From Bacteroidota bacterium (lineage in GTDB: Bacteria; Bacteroidota; Ignavibacteria; UBA10030; UBA8401), in the NCBI GenBank assembly GCA_013361065.1, contig JABWAK010000002.1, positions 2,273 through 66,272 on the forward strand: a DNA stretch of 64,000 nt, read 5' to 3'. The number at the start of each line of letters is the position of its first letter. The first letter of the stretch is position 1. Below are positions 1 to 8,488 of the stretch, piece after piece. The notes below the pieces were generated by a model. It saw nothing but the letters and a program-made list of their open reading frames with translations. It was not told the origin of the DNA and did no database searches. The translations under genes were made by a program, and so were the position numbers.

Positions 1-5
1 GATTT

Positions 6-230
6 TCAATAACTATATATACACATTTCTACAACATGTCGAAGTGTAAAAAATTGTCCCTTCTTTTTCTTCGCTTCAGTAGGCAAAAGATATTCAAATG
101 CATCATCCATGATTCTCAAATTTGAGCCAAATAAGCGAACTCCTTCAATTGGGCCAACACAAACTTGTAGATGATCTTGACCTGCCCCCATATGATATGC
201 CAGTGCTTCGTTTAGATTTTCTGCCTCAGG
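6..230 (-). pseudogene. Internal fragment of an N6-adenine DNA methyltransferase (type I HsdM-like / N6_Mtase family), truncated
   Basis: Minus-strand translation ends ...IMDDAFEYLLPTEAKKKKGQFFTLRHVVEM, matching the HsdM motifs (GDAYEYLL...GEFYTPR.VV.LMV) and then stops after about 15 more residues; AT-rich; N-terminal part replaced by IS3 remnant. Confidence 0.55.
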
Positions 231-531
231 CACCTGCCTGCCGGTCCCGAAGGGACACCTTTGGTGCAGGCAGGTTGGCAAGCCGAAGCTTATAAAATGA
301 TTCTGGTGCCGGTGGTCTGTAGCCTGATGTACTGTGTATCCTCTCCGTGTTGTACAACCTCCTCCATCTCTCGGTACCAACCCTCTCTTCGGTCAATGTA
401 TCAAAGATCTCTCCATTGAGCAACTCATCTCTTACTTTTCCATTGAACGATTCAATGTATCCGTTCTCCCAAGGACTTCCCGGTTCTATGAACAGTGTTC
501 CGACATCCAACCGGTGAAGCCATTCTCTCAA
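226..531 (-). mobile_element. IS3-family transposase (OrfB, rve integrase core) C-terminal ~100 aa remnant; no intact upstream orfA/orfB
   Basis: ORF translation ...EPGSPWENGYIESFNGKVRDELLNGEIFDTLTEERVGTERWRRLYNTERIHSTSGYRPPAPESF is the typical C-terminus of IS3 transposases; the upstream frames carry no transposase-like sequence. Confidence 0.7.
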
Positions 532-1122
532 AATATCTGCAACAAACTCCGGTCCGTTTTCCGATCACGCAGCCGTTAACGAGTAGTGCGGTAAAAGACA
601 GCGATACGACGACGATCGTTCGAACGAGCACGACACTCCTGTTTCTCATCGATTCACGGACCTACCCTTTCCCGCCGGCATGCGGTTCGCAATTATTTTT
701 GCAGAATGAGTTTTCTTGCTGCCGTAAAAGCTCCGCCCGCAGAACTTCCCTGCGGCACGTCGATTCTAGACGATACTGTTCCGGATAAGACCCGGAAGCA
801 CGATGGAAGACCTATCCATGTTATAGAACATTTGATTCCCCAGTAATACCGTATTCACGTAAGGAAGCAGCAGAGGAACACACAGCCGGATGACGCACCG
901 CGGGATGGCATACCGGACGAACCGCCGGAGGCAACAGGTCCCCGGTCCGGCAACGCCCATTCCATTGCATTTCTGCATGATTTGTGCTACTTTGAGGGGA
1001 TATTGATTTTTTCCCATTGCCGCTGTTCAGGGATCTTTGCGGTTGGAATGCAGCAGGGTGCCGCCACACACCGATAAATTACGTGGACACGATCCCGGAC
1101 AACGGCCCAAAGTACACGTGCC

Positions 1123-2451
1123 ATGGCAGAAGAAACACCCGAACAAGCTCCGGAGCAGCAGCAGCCGGAACAGCAGCAGAACGCCCCGAAACGGGATAAC
1201 CCGTTCCGCCGCAAGAACTTCCGGGGAAAATATCCCCGGCCGGAACGTAAACCGGATTCAGAGTTCTCATCGTTAGAGAATGTGGACGAACTTCCCGCCT
1301 CCATCTTCGGCGAGGAATCAGCCGCCGCCGAGAAGAAAGAACCGGAAGAACAGGGCGGTGTCTCCGCTCCGCAGTCTCAACCTCAATCGCAATCCCAGCC
1401 CCAACAGCGTCAGCAGCAGCGCCAGCAGAATCCGCGTCCCGAACGCCAGCAGCAGCCGCGCCAGCAGAACCCGCGTCCCGAACGCCAGCAGGAACAGCGT
1501 GCACCGCAGACCAATAACGGACGGGTCACCGTTTCCGTCGTCATCCCGCTGCTGAACGAGGATGAGTCGCTGCGCGAACTGCACGAACAGCTGAAGAATT
1601 CCCTGGCCCGCGTACCGGGCAACTACGAGCTGATCTTCGTGGATGACGGCTCCACCGACAACTCGTTCAAAGTGCTGAAGGAACTCAAGTCCCGCAACCC
1701 GCGCGTCAAGGCGATCCGTTTCCGCCGCAACTACGGCAAGAGCGCCGCACTGCAGGTCGGCTTCCAGAAAGCACAGGGAGAGTTCGTGATCACGATGGAT
1801 GCGGACCTGCAGGACGATCCGGCAGAGATCCCGAACCTGATCAAGGAACTGCGCGGCGGTCTCGACGTGGTCTCCGGATGGAAGAAACGCCGGAAGGACC
1901 CGCTCGGCAAGACCATCCCCTCCAAGTTCTTCAACTTCGTCACCGCGCTGGTCACCGGCATCAAGATCCACGACTTCAACTGCGGATTGAAGGGTTACAA
2001 ACTGGATGTGGTGAAGAGCGTGAATGTGTACGGCGAACTTCACCGGTACATCCCGGCGCTCGCTCATTGGGCCGGCTTCCGCGTCGGCGAAACGGTGGTG
2101 AACCACCGTCCCCGCCGCTACGGCAAGACCAAGTTCGGCATGGCGCGCTACTCGCGCGGCTTCCTGGACCTGCTGACGGTCGTCTTCACCACGCGCTACT
2201 TCTCCCGCCCGCTCCATCTGTTCGGCGGCTGGGGGATCCTCTCCGCGCTGGCAGGAATGATCATCAGCGGCTGGCTGGTGTACGAGAAGTACATGAACGG
2301 CATGCCGCTCAGCAACCGTCCCCTCTTCATCGTCGGTCTGATCATGGTGATCGTCGGCGTGCAGTTCGTCTCCATGGGACTGCTCGGCGAGCTCATCACC
2401 AAGAACCAGCATCTGGAAAAAGAGTACTCGGTCCGCGAAGAGATCAATTGA
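1123..2451 (+). CDS. GT2-family polyprenol-phosphate glycosyltransferase (DPM1/ArnC/GtrB-like) with a 75-125 aa low-complexity Q/P/E/R-rich N-terminal extension
   Basis: VSVVIPLLNEDESL...IFVDDGSTDNS...ITMDADLQDDP (DXD) GT-A fold core plus two C-terminal TM helices; N-terminus is low complexity and contains a 39-bp tandem DNA duplication. Confidence 0.85.
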   Translation: MAEETPEQAPEQQQPEQQQNAPKRDNPFRRKNFRGKYPRPERKPDSEFSSLENVDELPASIFGEESAAAEKKEPEEQGGVSAPQSQPQSQSQPQQRQQQRQQNPRPERQQQPRQQNPRPERQQEQRAPQTNNGRVTVSVVIPLLNEDESLRELHEQLKNSLARVPGNYELIFVDDGSTDNSFKVLKELKSRNPRVKAIRFRRNYGKSAALQVGFQKAQGEFVITMDADLQDDPAEIPNLIKELRGGLDVVSGWKKRRKDPLGKTIPSKFFNFVTALVTGIKIHDFNCGLKGYKLDVVKSVNVYGELHRYIPALAHWAGFRVGETVVNHRPRRYGKTKFGMARYSRGFLDLLTVVFTTRYFSRPLHLFGGWGILSALAGMIISGWLVYEKYMNGMPLSNRPLFIVGLIMVIVGVQFVSMGLLGELITKNQHLEKEYSVREEIN

Positions 2452-2521
2452 GCGTCCTCATTTTTCCATCATGATGTACGTTGAGACGCAGCGGTTTGCG
2501 TCTCAACCGTTTTAAACGACT

Positions 2522-3649
2522 ATGAAAATCCTCCTGTTCGGTCCGGCATACCCTCTCCGCGGCGGCATGGCGCACTTCATCGCGCTGCTGTACACGGAGC
2601 TGACGCGCCGCGGCCATCAGGTGAAGATCATCAACTTCACGCGACAGTATCCCAGGATCCTCTTCCCCGGCAAGACGCAGGAGGAGAGCGGCGAAGCCGG
2701 CATCCCGGTGCCGAGCACCGCGCTCATCGACTCCATCAATCCGTTCAACTGGCTCTATCACGGATACCGGCTGCGCCGCGAGAAGGCGGACCTCGTCATC
2801 TCCACGTTCTGGCTGCCGTTCCTCGCCCCCAGTTCCGGCACGCTGCATATGATGCTCCGCAGCAAGCGGACGAAGACACTCACCATCCTGCATAACCTGA
2901 TCCCGCACGAGAAGCGTCCGGGCGACATGCTCTTCACCCGCTGGCTGACGATGTTCACGGACTATTTCATCGCCCAGTCCGCCTCAGTGGAGAAGGACCT
3001 GCAGCAGTTCGTCCCGGGGGCCACATACCGGCGCGTGGCGCTGCCGATGTTCTCGCTGTTCAAAAACCGCATCCCGAAAGAGGAGGCGAAACGCGCGCTG
3101 AACATCACGGATGAACGCGTGATCCTCTTCTTCGGCTACATCCGTCCCTACAAAGGACTCCACGTACTTATCGATGCAATGAAGATCCTCAAGCAGCGGA
3201 TGAAGGTGCGGCTGCTCGTGTGCGGTGAGTTCTACGGGGACGAGGAGAAGTACCGGGCGCATATGACGGAGGCCGGCATCGACGACTGCACGACAGTGAT
3301 CTCGGACTACATCCCCAACGAGAAAGTCCACACATACTTCTCTGCTGCTGATGTGGTGGTGCAGCCGTACATCTCCGCCACACAGAGTGCCATCGCCCAG
3401 ATCGCGTACTTCTTCTCCTCCCCCATCATCGCCACGAATGTCGGTGCGCTGCCGGAGGTGGTGATCGACGGGCGCTCCGGACTGATCGTCCCGCCGAACG
3501 ACCCGCAGGCGATCGCCGATGCGGTCGTCCGCTTCTACGACGAGCGGCTGGAAGCGCCCCTGGCGGCGGGTGCCGCGGAGGAACGGAAGAAATATTCGTG
3601 GGAAGCAATGGCGGAAGCAATAGAAGAGCTCACACGAAATTCAAAATGA
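2522..3649 (+). CDS. GT4-family glycosyltransferase (Glycos_transf_1)
   Basis: C-terminal EX7E-type region ...FFGYIRPYKGLHVLIDA...VQPYISATQSAIAQIAYFFSSPIIATNVGALPEVV...GLIVPPNDP. Confidence 0.85.
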   Translation: MKILLFGPAYPLRGGMAHFIALLYTELTRRGHQVKIINFTRQYPRILFPGKTQEESGEAGIPVPSTALIDSINPFNWLYHGYRLRREKADLVISTFWLPFLAPSSGTLHMMLRSKRTKTLTILHNLIPHEKRPGDMLFTRWLTMFTDYFIAQSASVEKDLQQFVPGATYRRVALPMFSLFKNRIPKEEAKRALNITDERVILFFGYIRPYKGLHVLIDAMKILKQRMKVRLLVCGEFYGDEEKYRAHMTEAGIDDCTTVISDYIPNEKVHTYFSAADVVVQPYISATQSAIAQIAYFFSSPIIATNVGALPEVVIDGRSGLIVPPNDPQAIADAVVRFYDERLEAPLAAGAAEERKKYSWEAMAEAIEELTRNSK

Positions 3650-3748
3650 ATAATTGATAATGGATAATGGGGAACATTACCATATCAATTGTTCGTATTG
3701 GATCCACCATTCTTAATTATCAATTCATTCATTATCAATTGTTTTTGT

Positions 3749-4558
3749 ATGCAATACGATCCCATCAAGAATGTCATCGGTGATGTCGCCAAGAAGGCGC
3801 TCTTCCTCCGCAAGTTCTTCTACTGGCTGCTCGGGGTGCTCTTCCTCCGCACCTGGTATGTGAAACGTGCGCTCAACGAACTGCTCGCCGGGAAACAGGG
3901 AACGTTCCAGCTGTTCGATGCCGGGAGCGGGTTCGGTCAATACTCGTACTACATCGCCAAGCATTTCCCCGGCGCGCGTATCCACGCCATCGACGTCAAA
4001 GAGGACTACATCGCGGACTGTTCGCAGTTCTTCCCTGCCGCCGGCATCACCGCGGTGCACTTCGGCGTGGAGGACCTGACCATGCCGACGCATACGGACC
4101 GGTTCGACTTCATCCTGAGTGTGGATGTGATGGAGCATATCGCGGAGGATGAACTGGTGTTCCGTAACTTCCATGCGGCAATGAAGAAGGGCGGGCGGCT
4201 GCTCATCCACACCCCGTCCAACCTCGGCGGGTCGGACGTGCATCAGGAGGGGGACAAGAGTTTCGTGGAGGAACATGCGCGGGACGGCTATTCCGTGGAG
4301 GATATCACGGCGAAACTGCAGCGGGCCGGGTTCACGGTGCTCTATACGCGCTATTCGTACGGACCGGCCGGCACCCTGGCGTGGCGGCTGGTGGTGAAGT
4401 ATCCGCTGCTGATGGTGAATGCCAGCAAAGCGTTCTTCGTGGTGCTGCCGTTCTATTATCTGGCGACACTCTGGTTCAGTCTGACGCTGATGTGGATCGA
4501 CTTCCACTCCGCCAACAGCACCGGCACCGGACTGCTGGTGGCGGCGGAGAAGCGGTAA
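3749..4558 (+). CDS. Class I SAM-dependent methyltransferase, membrane-anchored
   Basis: LFDAGSGFGQYSYYIAKHFPGARIHAIDV (motif I) ...KKGGRLLIHTP; hydrophobic N- and C-termini; ORF 3689 start lies in AT-rich spacer, internal Met at 3749 preferred. Confidence 0.75.
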   Translation: MQYDPIKNVIGDVAKKALFLRKFFYWLLGVLFLRTWYVKRALNELLAGKQGTFQLFDAGSGFGQYSYYIAKHFPGARIHAIDVKEDYIADCSQFFPAAGITAVHFGVEDLTMPTHTDRFDFILSVDVMEHIAEDELVFRNFHAAMKKGGRLLIHTPSNLGGSDVHQEGDKSFVEEHARDGYSVEDITAKLQRAGFTVLYTRYSYGPAGTLAWRLVVKYPLLMVNASKAFFVVLPFYYLATLWFSLTLMWIDFHSANSTGTGLLVAAEKR

Positions 4559-4607
4559 CACATCGGAACAGTATCAACAGGTATAAAGCTTACGCAGACA
4601 GACGGTG

Positions 4608-4907
4608 TCACAGTTCAATCGAAAGATGCAGCTGGCCGCCTAAGCCGAACTCCACGATCCTCTGCAGCGTAGAAAGGCGGACCTCCTTGATGTCATTCTC
4701 TATCTTTGAGATGTAGGATTTCGTCGTGCCGACCTTCTCTGCCAGCGCTTCTTGGGTCAGCCCTTTTTCCCTTCTCGCTTCCTGCAGAAGCACACCGATC
4801 TTGAATCGTTCATACCCTTCCTCGAGGAGATCCCGTTTCTTCGTCCCCTTTTTTCCATACCGGCGTACTTTGAACTCTTCCAGTGTGAGCAGATTATGTT
4901 TTCCCAT
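4608..4907 (-). CDS. higA: HTH XRE-family antitoxin (HigA-like)
   Basis: ...GVLLQEARREKGLTQEALAEKVGTTKSYISKIEN... HTH_XRE; overlaps upstream toxin gene by 14 nt; AT-rich. Confidence 0.8.
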   Translation of the reverse strand: MGKHNLLTLEEFKVRRYGKKGTKKRDLLEEGYERFKIGVLLQEARREKGLTQEALAEKVGTTKSYISKIENDIKEVRLSTLQRIVEFGLGGQLHLSIEL

Positions 4908-5244
4908 CTTCGTACTCCTTTTTCAATAATAATGCGCGAGAGATCTCTTTTTTTGGAGTTTTTTGGGATGACTTGTGAAATCCGTGAAGAACGATCACCA
5001 GGTTGCCTTTGCTAAAAAAGCAGAATAACCGGACATGATCGCCTCCCTGCTGTATGCGGATCTCGTACAGACCATCGGTCCCAACGATATGCTTCAAATA
5101 CGATTCGGGAATCCGCGGCAGTTCCTCGATCAGCGTCAGCGTCCAAAGGATCTTCTGCTGCAGCTTTTCTCTTTGTCCGTTAAAAAATTCTAGAAAATAC
5201 TCCTTGTAAAAGAGAACAGCCCTGATGCGCTGTGATTTCTCCAT
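4894..5244 (-). CDS. higB: Type II toxin-antitoxin RelE/ParE-superfamily toxin, Gp49-like (HigB-like)
   Basis: YEIRIQQGGDHVRLFCFFSKGNLVIVLHGFHKSSQKTPKKEISRA matches PF05973 Gp49-like killer proteins; toxin-first order typical of HigBA. Confidence 0.8.
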   Translation of the reverse strand: MEKSQRIRAVLFYKEYFLEFFNGQREKLQQKILWTLTLIEELPRIPESYLKHIVGTDGLYEIRIQQGGDHVRLFCFFSKGNLVIVLHGFHKSSQKTPKKEISRALLLKKEYEDGKT

Positions 5245-5470
5245 GATGAAAGATACGAAAGGTTGCCCGATAGTGCAACTAACTGTTCATAGGAAAATAT
5301 TGTTCTTTTAGGACCTTAAGATGCGGCATCGTCCCGCGTGCTCCTTTCTTACATCTCACTGAAATTCTCCGTACCTTACGGGCGAGCAGGAGAATATTCC
5401 ATCCTCCTGCTGCATTCCTTCACTTCGTCAACGTCATCGTCGCAGCCCTGTCTGCCCTATCATTATCATC

Positions 5471-7126
5471 ATGGAATCCCTCATACACATCCTCGCGGAG
5501 AACAAGCTCATCCTGCTCTTCTCCATCATCGGCCTCGGCTTCCTCGTCGGACAGCTGCGGGTGCTCGGTTTCAGTCTGGGCGTAGCAGCCGTCCTCTTCA
5601 CCGGTATCGCATTCGGCGCGCTGGACAAGCGCCTGATACTGCCGGAAGAGATCTACATCGTCGGCCTCGTCCTGTTCGTCTACTCGATCGGTCTGCAGTC
5701 CGGACCGAGTTTCTTCGCCTCCTTCAACCGGAAGAGCCTCCGCGCGAACCTCTTCGTGGTGCTCATCCTCATCTCCGGTGCGGCGATCGCCGCCCTGTTC
5801 ACGCAGCTCTTCGGGTTCGATGCACCGAACGCTGCCGGGATCTTCTGCGGCGCACTGACCAACACGCCGGCGCTTGCCGCTTCTGTGGAAGCGGTGAAAT
5901 CGTACACCGCCCAATACCCGGCGGAACTGCGCGAACAGCTGCTGAACGCCCCGGTGATCACCTATGGTCTCACCTATCCCTTCGGCGTGCTGGGGGTGAT
6001 CCTCTGGTACTACATCTTCGCCAAATGGCAGAAGGTCGATTTCGCAAAGGAAGAGGCGGAGCGGAGCCGGGAGGCCGGCTCGGGCGCCATCCTCACCAAG
6101 ACGTTCCTCGTAACGAATCCCGCCGTCATCGGCAAGCAGGCGGAGGAGGTGCTGAACCTGATCGAACAGCGCCGGTTCGTCCTGAGCCGCTTCAAACGGG
6201 GGACGACCATCAACATCATCCTGCCGGACACGGTGTTCGAGAAGAACGACCTGATCGCCGCGGTCGGCACGGCCGATGCGCTGCAGCGTGCGCAGATCAT
6301 CCTCGGCGAGGCGGCGGACGACAAGCTGACACTGGACAATGCCGGCTTCGAGTACCGGCGGATGTTCGTCTCCAACGAGCATGTGGTCGGCAAAGAGATC
6401 CACGACCTGCATCTGGAGAAGGAGTACGGCGCGACCATCACACGCGTGCGCCGCGGCGATGTCGATTTCGTCCCCTCACCCGACACCATTCTGGAACTCG
6501 GCGACCGCGTCCGCGTGGTGACGCGCCACGAGAACATCCAGCGCATCACGAACTTCTTCGGTGATTCGATGAAGTCGATCTCCGAGACCGATTTCCTCTC
6601 CATCTCCCTCGGCATCGTGCTCGGGGTGTTCCTCGGTATGCTACCCATCCCGCTCCCCAACGGCTCCACGTTCAAACTGGGGTTCGCCGGCGGACCGCTC
6701 ATCGCCTCGCTCATCCTCGGACGGCTCCAGCGGACCGGTTCCATCACCTGGACGATGCCGTTCAACGCCAATCTGGTGCTGCGGCAGATCGGCCTGGTCT
6801 TCTTTTTGGCCGGGATCGGCGTGAAAGCCGGTCAGGGGTTCGGCGCAACGTTCCAGGCGGACGGTCTCGTGATGATCGCTGCGGGAGCCCTGCTGACAAC
6901 GGTTATTTCGTTCTTGACATTGACCATCGGTTATAAATATCTTCATCTCCCCATGTCCGCCGTCATGGGGGTCTCCAGTGCGCTCCAGACGCAGCCTGCG
7001 GCACTCGCCTACGCGAACCAGCAGGCACGGAACGACCAGCCGAACATGTACTATGCGATGGTCTATCCGGCATCGATGATCACCAAGATCATCCTGGCGC
7101 AGATGCTGATCACGGCGTTGTGGTAA
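5471..7126 (+). CDS. YidE/YbjL-family putative transporter (AAE family), duplicated permease halves with two central TrkA-C (RCK_C) domains
   Basis: N-terminal MESLIHILAENKLILLFSIIGLGFLVGQL..., two soluble RCK_C-like segments in the middle, second permease half at C-terminus. Confidence 0.85.
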   Translation: MESLIHILAENKLILLFSIIGLGFLVGQLRVLGFSLGVAAVLFTGIAFGALDKRLILPEEIYIVGLVLFVYSIGLQSGPSFFASFNRKSLRANLFVVLILISGAAIAALFTQLFGFDAPNAAGIFCGALTNTPALAASVEAVKSYTAQYPAELREQLLNAPVITYGLTYPFGVLGVILWYYIFAKWQKVDFAKEEAERSREAGSGAILTKTFLVTNPAVIGKQAEEVLNLIEQRRFVLSRFKRGTTINIILPDTVFEKNDLIAAVGTADALQRAQIILGEAADDKLTLDNAGFEYRRMFVSNEHVVGKEIHDLHLEKEYGATITRVRRGDVDFVPSPDTILELGDRVRVVTRHENIQRITNFFGDSMKSISETDFLSISLGIVLGVFLGMLPIPLPNGSTFKLGFAGGPLIASLILGRLQRTGSITWTMPFNANLVLRQIGLVFFLAGIGVKAGQGFGATFQADGLVMIAAGALLTTVISFLTLTIGYKYLHLPMSAVMGVSSALQTQPAALAYANQQARNDQPNMYYAMVYPASMITKIILAQMLITALW

Positions 7127-7149
7127 TTCCGTAAGGGGGAAGTGTCCGA

Positions 7150-8409
7150 ATGCGATCCGTCAGTCTCTTGTTCATCCTCATCAGCGTCCTGTCCGCACAG
7201 AACCCGTTCGAGGCGTACTACCTTTCCAAACAGCGTCTGCAGGAGAAGGATACCGCCGGCTACTTCTATCTGGCGGAGCAGGCGTACACGCTTGCGCCGT
7301 TCAACCTGGAGTTCACCGTCAATTATGCCCGCGCCTGCGTCACCGTGAACCGGCACATCCGCGCCACGAACCTGCTGCAGGCGGTGGCGGATATGGGATT
7401 CGATTACGACTTGGAGAACGATACCACCTTCCGTCCCCTCTGGAACCAGTCCAAATTCAAACAGCTCAACGCCAAAGCGGAACAATCGTCCAAACTCACG
7501 GCGAGCAACTACGCCTTCTCCGTGAAGGAGAAGGATCTCGTGCCGGAGGGGATCACCTACGATCCCCGTCAGCAGAAGTTCTACATCAGCAGCGTCTACA
7601 AACGGAAGGTGGTCGGCATCAATCTGGACGGGACGACGTTCGACCTGTTGGGCGAAGCGCAGGACGGTCTCTACAGCACGCTGGGGATGAAGGTGGATGC
7701 AGCACGGAACCATCTCTGGATCGCCGGTGTGCTGAACACACCGAAGGCGCGGACGATGGGAGCGGGAGATATGGGCAAGTCCGCCGTGTTCCAGTACGAC
7801 CTGGAGACCAAGCGGCTGCTGAAGAAGTACGTGCCGGACGATACGCTCACCCACCTGTTCAACGACATCGCCACGGTGAACGGATCGGTCTATGTGACGG
7901 ACAGCGAGAACGGCGCCGTGTACCGCATCGATAAAGAGACGCAGACGATGACCCCGTTCTTCCGGTGGGACGGCATGTTCTATCCCAACGGCATCACGTA
8001 CACGCCGGACCGAAAGTATCTCTTCGTGGCGCACTGGGCCGGCATCAGCCGCATCTCACTGGCCGACACGCAGATGGTGATGCTGCAGCACAAGCCGACC
8101 ACCACGCTCACCGGGGTGGACGGTCTCCTCTTCCATGAGAACGCGCTCATCGCCGTACAGAACGGCGCCGGACCGCAATCGCGGATCGTCCGCTTCGAAC
8201 TGAACAAGACGATGGATGCGGTTGCAAAAGCCACGGTGCTCGAGTCGCAGAACCCGCTCTACAATATCCCCACCACCGGCACCATCGTGGATGATGAGTT
8301 CTTCTTCATCGCCAACAGTCAGCTGCAGAACTTCGATGCGCAGGGGAACATCTTCCCCGCGGAACGGATGCAGCCGACCTACATCCTGAAACTGAAACTG
8401 AAGGAATGA
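7150..8409 (+). CDS. Secreted hypothetical protein, predicted six-bladed beta-propeller (SMP-30/gluconolactonase/strictosidine-synthase-like)
   Basis: Signal peptide MRSVSLLFILISVLSAQ; repeated VY..D...G..YR / LF...NGI motifs; family assignment tentative. Confidence 0.4.
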   Translation: MRSVSLLFILISVLSAQNPFEAYYLSKQRLQEKDTAGYFYLAEQAYTLAPFNLEFTVNYARACVTVNRHIRATNLLQAVADMGFDYDLENDTTFRPLWNQSKFKQLNAKAEQSSKLTASNYAFSVKEKDLVPEGITYDPRQQKFYISSVYKRKVVGINLDGTTFDLLGEAQDGLYSTLGMKVDAARNHLWIAGVLNTPKARTMGAGDMGKSAVFQYDLETKRLLKKYVPDDTLTHLFNDIATVNGSVYVTDSENGAVYRIDKETQTMTPFFRWDGMFYPNGITYTPDRKYLFVAHWAGISRISLADTQMVMLQHKPTTTLTGVDGLLFHENALIAVQNGAGPQSRIVRFELNKTMDAVAKATVLESQNPLYNIPTTGTIVDDEFFFIANSQLQNFDAQGNIFPAERMQPTYILKLKLKE

Positions 8410-8426
8410 CCGGCGCACCGCCGATC

Positions 8427-8462
8427 AAAAAAAATCCCGCTCATCGAGCGGGATTTTTTTTA
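8427..8462. terminator. Bidirectional intrinsic terminator between convergent genes
   Basis: A8-ATCCCGCTC-atcg-GAGCGGGAT-T8 perfect 9-bp stem flanked by A and T runs. Confidence 0.85.
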
Positions 8463-8488
8463 TCCTGTCATTCATCCGATCGTGCGGA

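Noticed and set aside
600-1120. tRNA or other RNA genes in non-coding stretches (600-1120, 31540-31824, 55450-55680)
   Set aside because: No T-arm (GGTTCGAATCC-like), cloverleaf, or rRNA signatures were seen by eye. tRNAscan or Infernal would be needed to be sure.
3725-4561. Long antisense or out-of-frame ORFs overlapping real genes (e.g. 3725-4561(-), 5338-6564(+), 5420-6412(-), 7063-8034(-), 8729-10774(+), 11261-11728 extension, 14139-15725(-), 15701-16657(-), 18748-20433(-), 22205-23092(-), 25189-26835(+), 35362-35898(-), 36433-37623(-), 38798-40039(-), 51798-53057(-), 56805-57788(-))
   Set aside because: High-GC DNA suppresses stop codons in all frames. These ORFs have no recognisable domains, are Arg/Ala/Gly/Pro-rich, and lie opposite ORFs with clear homology.
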